From: Octopus vulgaris
Lineage: Eukaryota
NCBI GenBank assembly: GCA_951406725.2
Contig: OX597823.1
Coordinates: 95,170,001 to 95,234,000, forward strand
DNA: 64,000 nt
Direction of reading: 5' to 3'
Under the pieces are notes generated by a model. That model saw only the letters and a program-made list of their open reading frames with translations, was not told the DNA's origin and made no database searches. Position numbers and translations under genes: made by a program. This document shows, in pieces, positions 1-60,496 of this stretch. Each line of letters begins with the position of its first letter. Position 1 is the stretch's first letter.

Positions 1-556
1 GGAGTATACGATGGAGTACAGCCAGTTACGGATGAAATGCATGCTTTAGAATTACCACCGAAATTCGCTGCATATAAGGTCAGAAATATTTGTAGCGTAC
101 ACTCGAGTAAAATTCCTCTCCCCTTTATTATATATACGTACATTCGAACGTAGCAGATAACAGCTAACCTTTGGCCGCTAATTGGAGGGAGCGCTTCTCC
201 TCGGAGAGGAGAGACACATCTAGGACCATTGCAGAGAGACTAAATGGACATCTGAGACAGTATGACGACAAAAAATAATTCTCCATACTCTACCAACGTG
301 CTAAAGACCAACATGGAGGCACTCTGGGTCAACTTGACACAGACATCTTATCCAAGCACCAGAAGGACCCAAAACCCAGACAAGTACAAGAGTTCGTCAT
401 CATTAATGAAACATCCACTGTACTAAATAAAGAATATACATAGGTGTCATACCCCAATACCCACAGTTTATATATACGCAGTGTTGTTAGTAGGCCTTTA
501 TGTCGGCGTGTGTGTGTGTCTGTATGTGTGCGTGTGTTTGTAAATATATATATATA

Positions 557-951
557 CTAGCAGTATCGCCCGGCGTTGCTCGGGTTTGTAAGGGAAATAA
601 TTATATAAGCATTTTTAGAGATGTAAAGTATAATAGCCATCTCAATATGGCTAACCACAAAGGGGGAGGGGTGTTACTGTAGCTTTTTACGTTCTGAGAT
701 TTAATAATAAATTTTAGAGAGTTACTTCCCTTATATATGTCAAAAATGGATTAAAAATGGGAAAAATTGATGGTAAATTTTTTTTTAAATCGTAGACTCA
801 TCGTAGACGCGCGCTAATACCCAGACGGTCTCGATATGAATCACGACTATAAGATACCCGGTTTTGGTTAAACTGCACCGCAAAATGTGGGAGTAGTTAG
901 GAATCTAAATCGTAGGAGACAGACACACAACATCACTTTTATATATAAAGA
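557..951 (-). mobile_element. Non-autonomous Helitron-like element
   Basis: Minus strand begins TC and ends with a GC-rich hairpin (CCCGAGCAACGCCGGG) followed by CTAG. It sits between A and T with no TSD. Confidence 0.7.
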
Positions 952-1113
952 TTTCCTCTATTTACATAATATTGAGGTCTCTTTCTTTCTTTTGTTATCT
1001 TACTGTTTTTACCAATATACATATATATATATATATAAATATATATATAGTTACAGAGATGTACTTGCATAGCAAGTGACTTGATCTGAGATCGTGTGCT
1101 GGAACGAAAACAG

Positions 1114-1372
1114 TTGCAGCGTTGAAGGTGTTTATAAGCCATTTAAGAAACACACAAAAACCGTTAGATTCACTTCAACATTTAAATTTAATTTGTCAAA
1201 ATATTTTCGTCGCTTTGAGACCGCGACCTGTTAGCACGATATTTTTGTCAGTGAACAGGTCGCGGTCTCAAAGCGACGAAAATATTTTGGCAAATTAAAT
1301 TTAAATGTTGAAGTGAATGTAACGGTTTTTGTGTGTTTCTTAAATGGCTTACAAACACCTTCCACGCTGCAA
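1114..1372. repeat. Fold-back element (about 119-bp arms 1114-1232 / 1254-1372) containing a G3-C8 hammerhead-like motif at 1244-1294 (+)
   Basis: The arms are near-perfect reverse complements, and the element lies between (TA)n tracts. Confidence 0.8.
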
Positions 1373-1730
1373 TATATATATACACACATATATATATATG
1401 TATGTATGTGTGTATATGTGTATGCATGTATGTGTGTGTGTGTGCGTGTCTGTGCTTGTGATCGTCCTCCACCACTGCTTGACAACGAATGTTGGTTTGT
1501 TTACATCCCTGTCACCTAGTGGTTTGACAAAGGAAACAGATAGAATAAGTACAATGCTTACAAAAATAAAACTGGAGTTGATTAATTAAACTACAATTCT
1601 TCAAGGCATTGCCCCAGCATGGCCACAGACCAATGGCTGGAAAAAGCAGAAGAATAAAAGAATACATTCTCTGCTTTGGTCTTATGTTCAAGGCATGAGA
1701 AAGCTTGAGTTTACATGAGAAGGCCTAACA

Positions 1731-1995
1731 GACCTGGTAGAAACAGCAGCCAAATCTCCCGCAAATCACACCTTACTGTCTTATGTATGTATATATATAT
1801 GAGCCAATGAGGGGGACCTCTACATGGTAGCTAGACCTGGTAGAAATAGCAGCCAAATTTCTCCCAAATCACACCTTACTGTCTTATCTATGTATATATG
1901 TATGTATGAGCCTATGAGGGAGACCCCTACATAACAGCTAGACATGGTAGAAATAGCAGCCAAATCTCCCTCAAATCACACCTTACTGTCTTATC
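1731..1995 (+). repeat. Minisatellite, about 105-bp unit x2.5
   Basis: AGACCTGGTAGAAA.AGCAGCCAAAT...AAATCACACCTTACTGTCTTAT repeats at about 1731, 1833 and 1941. Confidence 0.85.
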
Positions 1996-2640
1996 TTTCT
2001 GCTACTTGGATATAGGTCTTATATTCTTCGTAAAAAACTTTCTTGTCACACACTCACGCACACGCACACACACACACACACACACACCTTCACACACACA
2101 CACGCGCACACACACACACACACTCACACACACGCACGTTAGCTTACAATTTTATTTATATATTTGCGTGTCTATGTGTGGAAAGCGGAAGTGGGAGGCA
2201 GAGTGAAAGAATCACTCACTACAGTAAGTGAATTACTTTCATTTTATTCGTTGCCCACTGTGTGTGTGCGTTTGCGTGTGGTGTAAACCAGACTAAGAAA
2301 AGCATTTGACACACACACCAGAATGTGAGTTTTCTGTAAATTTTGCTTAATTGGAGTTTAAATTTTAAAAACTGGACCTGGCATGACGCGATGCATTGTA
2401 CTCTTAAAAATGCTAGGTAAATTGTAATTGAAGAAATCCTATATTGTAGATTTCTATAACTCCCAAAGGGAGGCAGATAAAATCTGCCTTTTATAATAAG
2501 AGATATATGTATATGCATGTGTATATGTATATATATATATATTTGGGTAAATGGATGCACATATGGACACGTAGATATACAGGTAGATAGGTACATGGGT
2601 AATATGGACAGACGGGCACAAACACACATACATACATACA

Positions 2641-2671
<31 letters not shown>

Positions 2672-2812
2672 GCACATACATACATACATACATACATACA
2701 TACGTACATACATACATACATACATACATACATACATACATACATACATACATACGCACATACGCACATACATACATACATACATACATACATGCATACA
2801 TACATACGTAAA

Positions 2813-49254
<46,442 letters not shown>

Positions 49255-49611
49255 GGTGAACCTCTCAGAACAAATGTGTCGTCTGATTCAAGCAATTTCT
49301 AAATGTGCCTGGTTCCTTTCATGCATACATACATAATATGTGTATCAAGTGTGCAAGTGAGAGTACCTGTTGGGGCGTAAGTGGTGGTATGAGGGAGAGG
49401 GGAGGCATGGAAATGAAAGATTAGCGTTTGTGATTGGGTGTTGTATGGGAGTGAGAGAGGGAGAGGAAAAAAACCAAGAGAGAAAGAGTGTATGTGTGTG
49501 TGGAGATATAATAATGTATATATATGTTCAGTGTACCTCATAATGGCTTGATGTATTTTATTTGCAATATTTGTATATAATACGCTTGTTCTAATATGTA
49601 TGCATGTATAC

Positions 49612-49682
<71 letters not shown>

Positions 49683-49777
49683 TACGTATATATAAATATA
49701 TATATGTATATATATATAAATATACATGCATATATATATGCATACATACATACATACATACATACATACATACATAA

Positions 49778-49841
<64 letters not shown>

Positions 49842-50219
49842 AAGTATGTATAAATATATGTAGAATTAAGAGACAGAACCTCCATAACGTAATTCTATTA
49901 ATACTGAAAGATATTATCTATAATAAAATATAAATTTAAATATATTATTATTAACAATGTACTAAAAATTTCTATACCAAATAATACACATTAAAACAAC
50001 GACGCGCGTTTCATGACGATGTATTCAAACCGACAATATCAAACTCAATAATCTCAAAAATTAATATTTCTTCGATCTAACAATACATAGCCACCCTTTA
50101 GGTCTCAATAACATAAAATAAATTTACAACATAAATGAAGATATTATAATTACATTATACATTTATAAATAATTGATAAGATTTAACAGTATTAAAGAAA
50201 AGTAGGAGCATGGCTTATT

Positions 50220-50291
<72 letters not shown>

Positions 50292-51301
50292 CTTTCTCCC
50301 TTTGTTGGAGCTCCTGGAGTATTTCATGCCTAGCAGGCTTGCTACCTGCAGCCTACAGCACCACGGTATCTGTTCTATTCAGCTGTCTAATACTTTCCTG
50401 ATTATTCTAGCCGGGGCAAGGAGGTAAACCTTTTCTAACAGTTCTACTGGGTTCTCTGTTCCAGTTTCCTTTATATTCCCCTTGATGCTTTCTCATACTC
50501 TTCTCAAGGACCCAACAATTACTGGTACCATCTTCACCTTCATTATCCATAGACGGGCTAATTCGTACTTAAGAGGGTTGTATTTATTTATCTTTTCGCC
50601 TTCCTTCTTAACTATTCGTGGGTCAAATGAACCTGAAACAATGTCCCCACTCACTTGTGGGATCTCATCTTGCAAGTTACTCTCTGGTGCCATGAAGAAA
50701 GCACCCAGTACACTCTGTAAAGTGGTTGGTGTTAAGAGTGGCATCAAACTATACAGACCATGCCGAAGCAGACACTGGAGTTTAGTGTGGCCTTCTTGCT
50801 CGTCAGTTCATGTTGAACCATCCAACCCATGCCAGCAAAGAAAAAGGACGTTAAAATGTGATGCTGATGAATTTGTATTCATGGTAAAATGTTTCAATTG
50901 ACATATTCTTTGGCACAATCGTTTTTGCTTAAAATAATTCCCAGGTGATTTTTGGTCCTTGTAAACTCTGGAATCTTAAAAGTCTTGTTGATTGTTGTAT
51001 TAATGCGGAGGGCGGCGAGCTGGCAGAATTGTTAGCACGCCGGGCGAAATGCTTAGCGGTATATCGTCTGCCTTGACCTCCTGAGTTCAAATTCTGCCGT
51101 GGTCGACTTTGCCTTTCATCATTTCAGGGTCGATAAATTAAGTACCAGTGAAACACTGGCGGTTGATGTAGTCGACTATCCCCCTCCCCCAAATTTCAGG
51201 CCTTGTGCCTATGGTTGAAAGGATAATTGTATTAATGCAAAAAAGTAATGTTCAGACAAACAGGATATGAAGACAATTCATGATATGTACACGCACACAC
51301 G

Positions 51302-51332
<31 letters not shown>

Positions 51333-51779
51333 ACTGTCACTCACACACACTCACACTGTCACACACACTGTCACACACACTCACACACACATACACATAC
51401 ACACACACATTCACGCACTCGCACACACACACTCACCCACTTAAAAGCCGTATCTATTGAACAACAATGAAACGAAGAAATCACATCATTTGAATCTGTG
51501 TTTTGTAGTGTTTTACTATTTGGAAAGAAATATATTTTGCTAACAAGAAAAGCTGGCACTTCTTTCTTTACAGGTAATTTGGGAGAAGTCACATGACCCA
51601 TGGCGTGCGAAGTCACGTGGCATGTGCAGTTCTTGAGCCCACTGGATCCTGTCAAACCACTGAATACATGTAACGATGGGACATGGTCTTTGATGACGAT
51701 AACGTTGATGATGATGATGATGATGATGATGATGAGGAGGAGGAGGAGGAGGAGGAGGAGGAAGAAGAAGAAGAGGAGT

Positions 51780-52295
51780 AAAGAGTATTGCCAGGAAAAT
51801 AAATGCTGTTGATGGCCAAGAATTCGAACGAGAATCGAAGGAATTCTTCATAATTTCACTATTTTGAACACAACGTGTACAGTATTCGTAGCGAAGGTGA
51901 TTTATTGCTCTTTTTTATTTTTAGATATTAAAATATTCCATTTCAACAATTTAAAAGGAATAACATCAATGCCATTCCAACCGTAACAAACCAGGTGGTG
52001 CATGAGGTCAATGGACTTCATAAGAAATAGCTTATATGTATATATACGTATATATATGTATATATATATTCATGTGCACATATGCATATATTATTCGTTT
52101 GTGCATTGATGTGAGCGTACACAATGCAAACAACCTTATGATCTTCAATTATGACTTCAAGAAACCACCCACTCACCTGTTCACTTATTAATGTGGTGGT
52201 CATACAAAGCAAGGTTGACTACATTTTCACCAGAAAGCAGAAAAGCTGGTTGCTTAGAAATACAAAGCCCTTCCCAGGTGAAGAGTGCTAACCTC
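51780..52295. repeat. Inverted duplication arm 2 (pairs with about 58430-59520)
   Basis: GAGTATTGCCAGGAAAATAAATGCTGTTG... aligns to the reverse complement of 59520-59345, then continues past the SINE to about 58430. Confidence 0.88.
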
Positions 52296-54260
52296 AACAT
52301 ATGTTAGTTAATAGTGGCTTCAGAGTGCAGGCTAGAAAGACGCCAAGAAGCAAACCAGTTTGGAAAAGAAAGATTTGGAAGCTTAAGGATCCTCTGAATA
52401 GTCAGAGATTTAGAGAGATTCTAAATGAAGCATTTGGCAAGGAGAAGATAGTAATATATGAATAACATAGAGGACAACTGGAGGTTCCGACGAGACAACG
52501 CAATGGGGGCCACTGACCAAATTTGTGGCTGGTGCAAAGTCCTCTCCACCCCTAAGGTGACATGGTGGTGGAACAGGGAAGTATTCTCTATTGGAGAATA
52601 GAACGGGCCTGAAAGGACTGGAAGAGTGGTGGTAGAACAGAACTATTCCAGGAAGCCAGAAGGAAAGATAGGAGACAGGTATATTTAGACAGGGCAGAAG
52701 CAAAAAGATAGAACTTTACCAATGTTCTGCAGCATGAAGACCAGAGATTTGTGGTGTTTCGGATTGCAAGAGAGTATGGCAGAGAACAATAATGATGTTG
52801 TAGGATCGAAGTGTGTTTGCATGGATGATGGTTCACTTGCATTTAGAGATTCTGCAAAGAAAGAGGTTTGGAGGTGCCACTATGAAAGGCTGATAAATGT
52901 AGAGAAAGCATGGCAGAAGGAGAATTTGCCTGATGTGGACCCAAATGAGGGACTAGCTATCTAAATCGGCAGTAGCCTGGTAGATAAAGCAATTAAGGAT
53001 ATGATGACAGGGAAAGCCTGCAGCCCATCAGGAATTAAGCTAAGATGTATAAAATATCTGGTGAAGGTGGAAATGAGCTAGTTACCCTATTTAACCCTAG
53101 TTAACCAGGTTGTCCATGAAGGTGACACACCCAATGGTTGGTGTAGCAACATTATAGTCAACTCTACAAATGTAAAGGTGATACTTTCGACAGAGATAAT
53201 TACAAAGGTATCAAATTGCTGGAACAGGTGATGAATGTTACAGAGAGGGTCAAAATTTAAAAAGGGAGAGTCTTGATGGAATGCAGTTTGGTTTTGTGCC
53301 AGGAAGATGCACAACTGATGCTATCTTCTTGCTGAAACTGCTTCAGGAGAAGTACTTGTTCAAATACAAACCTCTGTACTTTGCTTTCATTGAAATGGAG
53401 AAAGTCTTTGAGGGGCTCCTCTGTTCCTTTATCTGGTGGGCAACGCAGAAGATTAGGGATAAATGGAATAAATGAGTGGTTGGTGAGAGCCATAGAACCA
53501 GTTACAGATATGCCGACAGTAAGGTGAAGGTTGACAACGAGTATAGCTATGAATTCAATGAACGTGTAAAAGTACGCCATGGATTGGTTCTCAGACTCCC
53601 GTTGTTCATCATAGTCCTCCAGGCCATAACAGAGGAATTTAGGATGTGTTGCTCATGGAAGCTCCTCTACGCTATTGACCTTGATCTTATTGCTGAATCT
53701 CTACCAGAATTAGAGAAAAAGTTTCAGGTGTGGCTGCAAAGTCTGGAATAAAAGCGCCTTAGAGTTAATTTAGGAAAGACTAAAATCCTAGTAAGTAGGA
53801 AAACCAATAAAACACTAATGCCTTCAGGGAGATGGCCCTTCTCCATATATATAGAAAGGGTGTTGGTAGGAACTTAATATAGCTTAGTCAGTGCAAGCTA
53901 TGGACACATGAGAGGTGCAGCAGTATTACAGGAAGACTAACAGAGAAACTAGTTTTTGTGTGTGGCAGATGCGCAGGTACAATAAACACTAGGAATGTAA
54001 AGGAAACAGAAGAAATGTCAAGGGGTGTCCTTAGAAATAGTTGATAGTTTCCATTACCTAGGGGACCAAATTAGCAATAAAGGAGGAAGCTCTGAATGAT
54101 CTGGGTAAAGTTCAGAGGGCTGCTACCTTTGTTGATTACAAAGGGCCTCTCACTCTCTCAGAATGAAAGGCAGATTGTATGATGCTTGTATGTGAACGGC
54201 CATGCTACATGGCAGTGAAACATGGGCTATGACAACAAAGGAAATGAAGTCAGTATACAC
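52270..54260 (+). mobile_element. Decayed RTE-clade LINE (RT region)
   Basis: QFGFVPGRCTTDAIF, AFIEMEKVFE, LLYAIDL and MLHGSETW, with frameshifts and stops. Confidence 0.8.
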
Positions 54261-54659
54261 TGTAGGATGGGTAATGTCAGAGGAAAAGGATCCGAGAGGA
54301 GAGACTTGTGCCAACCACGCAACTGGCACACGGCCTCTCGTCTCGGTTCCTTTTCCTCTCTCAGCTGTGATGTCCTTCTCTTGCAAGCTACTTGGCAACC
54401 CCAGGGGTACTGGGCCATGTGAAAAGCACCTATGCTGGCACCCCATGCAAAGCACCTGAGATGGCATCAAGCATAGATTGCCTGTGCCAGTGGTTCGTAA
54501 ACATCACCCATACCAGCACCACGTACAGAGCACCCATAAAGCACATTGTGAAGCGGTTGGCATTAGGAAGAACATCGAGCGATAGAAACCATTCCAAAAC
54601 AGATGACTGGAGCCTGTGAAACCTTCCTTCTTTCCAGCTTCAGTCAAACCGCACAACCC

Positions 54660-55445
54660 ATAGCTTGAATCAAGTGGTCCTGGTTCATTTTGGACATTAC
54701 TTTGATTATGGTATCTTTCAAAGAATCTTCGGTGTTATGGGCATGTTCATTGACCTCTCTCTCAACAACGCTCCACATGTAATAGTCCAATGGATTGAGA
54801 TCTGGGGAATGAAGAGGCCAAATGTTAAGGGTTATGTGATCATGAAAATTTTCAGTCATCCATTCTTGAGCTACTAGAGCCATGTGTGATAGTGCAGAAT
54901 CTTACTGAAACACATATAGCCTTCCATTACATACACTGTCTATCCAGAGCATAACAATTATTTCCAGGACCTCAATGTAGGCGACAGAGTTAACTCTAAA
55001 GCCTTGTGGAAAGAAGTAAGGGGGAATCACATATCCTTCATTGCTGACAACGCCTAAAACCATGAAAGTTGCAGGAAATTTTGTATGCTTAACATTTGTA
55101 GCTTCAGAAGGGTCTGCACATAACTATCTGTCATTTCTTCTCTTAACTTTTTGATCTTGGTCGAAGTTTTTCTCGTTTGAGAAAAACCAAATCAAATCTT
55201 CTGCTGCAGTTTTAAGAACCTTTTAGATCTGATGTAGTGACTTTCTTCTGCTTTTTCGGTCGAATTTATCTTTCTTCATCATATAAGACTTATATCTGAT
55301 GTCTCCGAGGGCAACATTTCTAACTGTTTCTTCTGAAACATGGAGATCTTTCGCAATTGACATTATGGACTTTCTGGGATTGTAAACAATGGTCTGTTGA
55401 ACTTGCTGGATAAATTCAGGTGTTCTGATGCTTTTTATGCATTCT
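54660..55445 (-). mobile_element. Tc1/mariner-superfamily transposase remnant
   Basis: WPLHSPDLNPLDYYMWSVVER and HTH-like NPRKSIMSIAKDLHVSEETVR. Confidence 0.8.
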
Positions 55446-55655
55446 AGTTGATCTGGCAACTTTTAAAAATCGAGACATTTCTAAATCGCTATGCTCAGGT
55501 TTTTAAATTAATATACACACTTGAAACAGCTTTAGATAATCTGTATAAAATGAAATAAAATAAAATGTCTAAAAAACAGCATAAATAAGTTTGGTTTAAA
55601 AGTAGAATAGAAAGATATTTCTTTCATTTTGTTTTCTCTTTCTACAGATAAAGAC

Positions 55656-55689
<34 letters not shown>

Positions 55690-55801
55690 CGATGACGAAA
55701 GATAGATTGATCGAAATTTTACATATTTGTGTAATGTTTTATAAAATTCTCCTTTGAAATGCTACAGACAATATTGCGTATATATATATATATATATATA
55801 C

Positions 55802-55912
<111 letters not shown>

Positions 55913-58027
55913 TAGATCCTGTGTGGAATATAAATCGTCATCGTCATCAGTTAATGTCCATGTTTCCATGCTTAAATGGATCAGGCGGAATTTGCGGCAA
56001 TAGATTTTCTACGGCCAGATGTTCTCACCCGTTTCCAAGCAAGTTCTCATAGTCAACATCTTCCATGGAAGACTGAATGGAAACAAACAACCCCTCTCGT
56101 ATGTTGGTGATGCTCATTTACAACCATCATTGATGTCTAGACAAGGAAACACACATACACACTGCACACGCGCATACACATGCTTACCTACTTACCCACC
56201 TACCTACCTACCTACATACATACATACATACATTCATACATACATACATATATTTGTGTAAGTATGTGTGTGTATTATATATATACATATATATTCTATT
56301 ATTCTGTTATATACTTTAGTCATTTGACTGCAGCCATACTGGAGCACCGCTTTTAGTCGAACAAATCGATTCCAGGATTTACTCTTTGTAAACCTAATTC
56401 ATATTCTATCGGTATCTTTTGCCGAACCGCTAACTTACGGAAATGTAAACACACCAACATCGGTTGTCAAGCAATGATAGGGTGACAAACACAGACACAC
56501 AAACATTTACAGACACATATACGACGGGCTTCTTGCAGTTTCCCTCTACCAAATCCACTCACAAGGCTTTGGTTGGCCTGAGGTTATAGTAGAAAACACT
56601 TGCCCAAGGTGCCAAGCGGTGGGACTGAACCCGAAGCCATGTGGCTGGTAAGCAAGCTACTTACCACACAGCCATATCGTCAATAAATCATAAATCTGAA
56701 AGATAAGCACGCTCTGTGTTATAGAACAGGAGAAAGTTAGTTATGGCCAGTTCATAGGGTTACCCAGATAGGATATTCCTTAGGCTAGTAGATAGGCCCT
56801 TTACACTATCGCATAGGTATGGACTCCTATTCAACTGACACAACCTAAGAGTCTCTCTTTTAGCTGCACCCCCAGTATTAAGAATACTTTAGTTAACACC
56901 CGTAGGGCACAAGCGGTAGCAGGATGCACATGCAGGGACTACAGCAGATGGTCAGTGGGAGGCCAGTGTGAAACTAAGTGGGTCGTGTACGAGGCTGTAG
57001 TGGTATCATCATCAACATCATCATCACCATCATTTAATGTCTATTGTCCATGCTAGCATGGGTTGGTCCGTTTGACCAAGGCTGCTAAGTTGAGGGGCTG
57101 AACCAAACTCCTGTCTGGTTTGGTATGGTTTCTATGGCTGGATGTCCTACCTAACGTCAACCACTCCAAGAGTGTAACGGGTGCTTTTACGTGCCAGTTG
57201 CATGGCACTAATATCTGCCACGATTACGATTTCATTTGCTTGATGGGTCTTCTACTCAAATACAACATATTGCCAAAGGGCTCGGTCATTTGCCATTACC
57301 CTCTTGAGCCTCAACACTCGAAAGGTGCCTTTTACGTAGCCCTGGCATGGGTGCCAGTTATGTGACACCCATGCCATTGGCATAGGTGCCTGTTACGTTT
57401 GTGAAGTACTGTCTGACCCTAACAGCAGCAGAAACCATTCCAGCAACTACGGCAGTAACAGACCCAGCAGCAACACCATCGCTGGTATTAATAATAGTCA
57501 TGGCAGCAACTAGACCAGAAATAGCAGCAGCTCGCTCGCTAATGATAATAATAATAATAATTTCTACTTTAGGCATAAGGCCAGAAATTTAGGGTAAGAG
57601 ATTAAGTCGATTACATCGACCCCAGCCCGTAACTGGTACTTATTTAATCGATCCCGAAAGGATGAAAGGCAAAGCCGACCTCGACGGAATTTGAACTCAG
57701 AACGTAGCGACAGACGAAATACCGCTAAGCATTTCACACGGTCCGCTAACGATTCTGCCAGGTCGCCGCATTAATGATAATGTTTATAATGATAACAAAA
57801 ACAAGAGTAACCACAACCACTATAGCGCAGACAACGGCTTCAACATCGACGATGGTTGTAGCAGCACCAACGGAGACACGAACAATGACAACAACAGCAC
57901 CAACACCAACTTCGCCACTGATGATGTCCCCTACACCAGCATTAACGACGCCAACACCAGCGCCGACAACAGCCGAAGTAACAGTGTCAACAACATCAAC
58001 AGAAGCAGCGACGGCAATAGCAGCATT

Positions 58028-58330
58028 CAAAAATACATCGGACGTTCCGGAAACACCTTCAAGCAGCGCCTCTCCAACCACAAGTCCTCGTTAAGGATCC
58101 CGGGAAGACGTTATGTCATGTCTTTAGCCAGCCGTGGCGCATGAAGGACGAAGGGACTCCATAGGTATTCACAGGGAAGATCCTAGAAAAAATGGTGCCC
58201 TACATCAATGTAGTTGCAAGCTGTGCATAGCGGAACGGGCGAGAATATTAAAGAAGTCTCTCGACCCGAGAAACATCTTATATTCCAGGATGAAAGTCTT
58301 CAGACCCTATTTATATTTCAGGCGAAATGG
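58028..58330 (+). mobile_element. Penelope-type GIY-YIG endonuclease remnant
   Basis: KYIGRSGNTFKQRLSNHKSS...CKLCIAERARIL. Confidence 0.7.
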
Positions 58331-58663
58331 TTGAGAAGCAAGCTTCTTAGGGTGACGCCACAGAAGATGTAACTAAATTTAAATGAAAAATCAAATAGTG
58401 ACTCTGAAGTCACTATTAACTAACCTATGTTGAGGTCTACACTCTTCACCTGGGAAGGGTTTTATATTTCTAAGCAACCAGCTTTCCTGCTTTCTGGTGA
58501 GAATGTAGTCAATCTTCCTTTGTGTGGCCACCACATTAATAAGTGAACAGGTGACTGGTTGGTTTCTTGATGTCGTAATTGAAAATCATAAGATTGTTTG
58601 CATTGTGCACGCTCACATAAATGCACAAACGAATAAATATATACACATATGCATATGTGCACA

Positions 58664-58882
<219 letters not shown>

Positions 58883-58976
58883 CTATTTCTTATGCAACTC
58901 ATTGACCTCCTGCACCACTGGGTGTGTATCACCTGGTTTGTTATAGTTGGAACGGCATTGATGTTATTCCTTTCAT

Positions 58977-59334
58977 GTGGAGGCGCAATGGCTCAGTGGT
59001 TGGGGCAGCGGACTCGCGGTCATAGGATCGCGGTTTCGATTCCCAGACCGGGCGTTGTGAGTGTTTATTGAGCGAAAACACCTAAAAGCTCCACGAGGCT
59101 CCGGCAGGGGATGGTGGTGATCCCTGCTGTACTCTTTCACCACAACTTTCTCTCACTCTTACTTCCTGTTTCTGTTGTACCTGTATTTCAAGGGGCCGGC
59201 CTTGTCACTCTCTGTGTCACGCTGAATATCCCCGAGAACTACGTTAAGGGTACACGTGTCTGTGGAGTGCTCAACCACTTACACGTTAATTTCACGAGCA
59301 GGCTGTTCCGTTGATCGGATCAACCGGAACCCTC
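58977..59334 (+). mobile_element. Full-length tRNA-derived SINE with an 11-bp TSD
   Basis: tRNA-like head TGGCTCAGTGG...GGTTTCGATTCCC. TSD ATTCCTTTCAT at 58966-58976 and 59335-59345. Confidence 0.88.
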
Positions 59335-59573
59335 ATTCCTTTCATATCGAGTTATTCAAATAGAATATTTTAATATCTAAAAATAAAAAAGAGCAATAAA
59401 TCACACCCGCTACGAATACTGTACACGTTGTGTTCAAAATAGTGAGGTTATGAAAAATTACTTCAATTCTCGTTGGAATTATTGGCCACCAACAGCATTT
59501 ATTTTCTTGGCAATACTCTTTATTCATCATCATCATCAACAACAACATCATTATTGTCATCATCATCATTATC

Positions 59574-59607
<34 letters not shown>

Positions 59608-60007
59608 ACATCATTTTTGCCATCATCATCCTCAACCTCATTATCATTATCATCATCATTTAATGTCCATGTCCCATGCTCACATTTAGTATTCAAAGGA
59701 TAGGAACATTAAGTATGATTTAATGGGGTCCATTATTAGTTAGGCACCATCATACAATACTGGTAATTTTAAACGTGATCTTTGCCTTGGGGTATTATAT
59801 AATTACTTTTAAATAAATATCATTGAATTATAAAGGTATTTTACAATGAAATGTTCTCACAAATATAGAAAAGCATTTAAATACTTCAATTCTAAATAAC
59901 TCATTAATCGTAATTGCTTTTCACATAATATGACACGCATATTTTTTTCTAAAAATGTTAAGCATATTTTATAGATAGGTAACTAATTGTTGTGACGTAG
60001 GATTTTT

Positions 60008-60490
60008 ATGAGGGGGTGCTGAAAAGTTCCTGGCTCTGGGTAAAAGAAAATACATAAGAATCAGTTAATTGTGATGTTATACAACATATTCCTTCCTCAC
60101 ATTCACACACAAATTGCAGCGGTCCTTCAGTTTTTTAAACCCTGTAAAAAGGAATCGAAATGTTGGGCCTCCAACCAAGCGTCTGTAGCAGCGATCACAT
60201 CCGAATTGGAGTGAAATTTTCTTCCCTTGTGAACATTCTTCAGTTGGGGAAGAAGGTGGTAGTCGGAGGGGGCCAAGCCAGGAGAGCAAGGAGAATGGAC
60301 TACCTATTCGAAACCAAAGTCGCATGTTTTCTGCAGTTTCATGTGTTGTGTGTGCTGGTGCATTGTCCTGCAAGAACAGGATATAACGGCTCAGCTTTTC
60401 ACGGTGTTTCTGTTTCAAATTTTCCTGTAGTTCGTCCAACAGAGACATGTAGTATTCTGCGGTAGATTTGAAATATTTAGAATGTATAAG
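60008..60490 (-). mobile_element. Mariner 3' fragment
   Basis: ILFLQDNAPAHT catalytic region and TIR-like TATGAGGGGGTGCTGAAAAGTTCC. Confidence 0.78.
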
Positions 60491-60496
60491 CATTTT

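Noticed and set aside
57774-58094. Thr/Pro-rich mucin-like ORF
   Set aside because: Degenerate (ACA/GCA)n low-complexity sequence running into a Penelope endonuclease remnant, with no splice evidence.
58977-59055. tRNA gene
   Set aside because: It is the tRNA-like head of a SINE with an unrelated body and a TSD.
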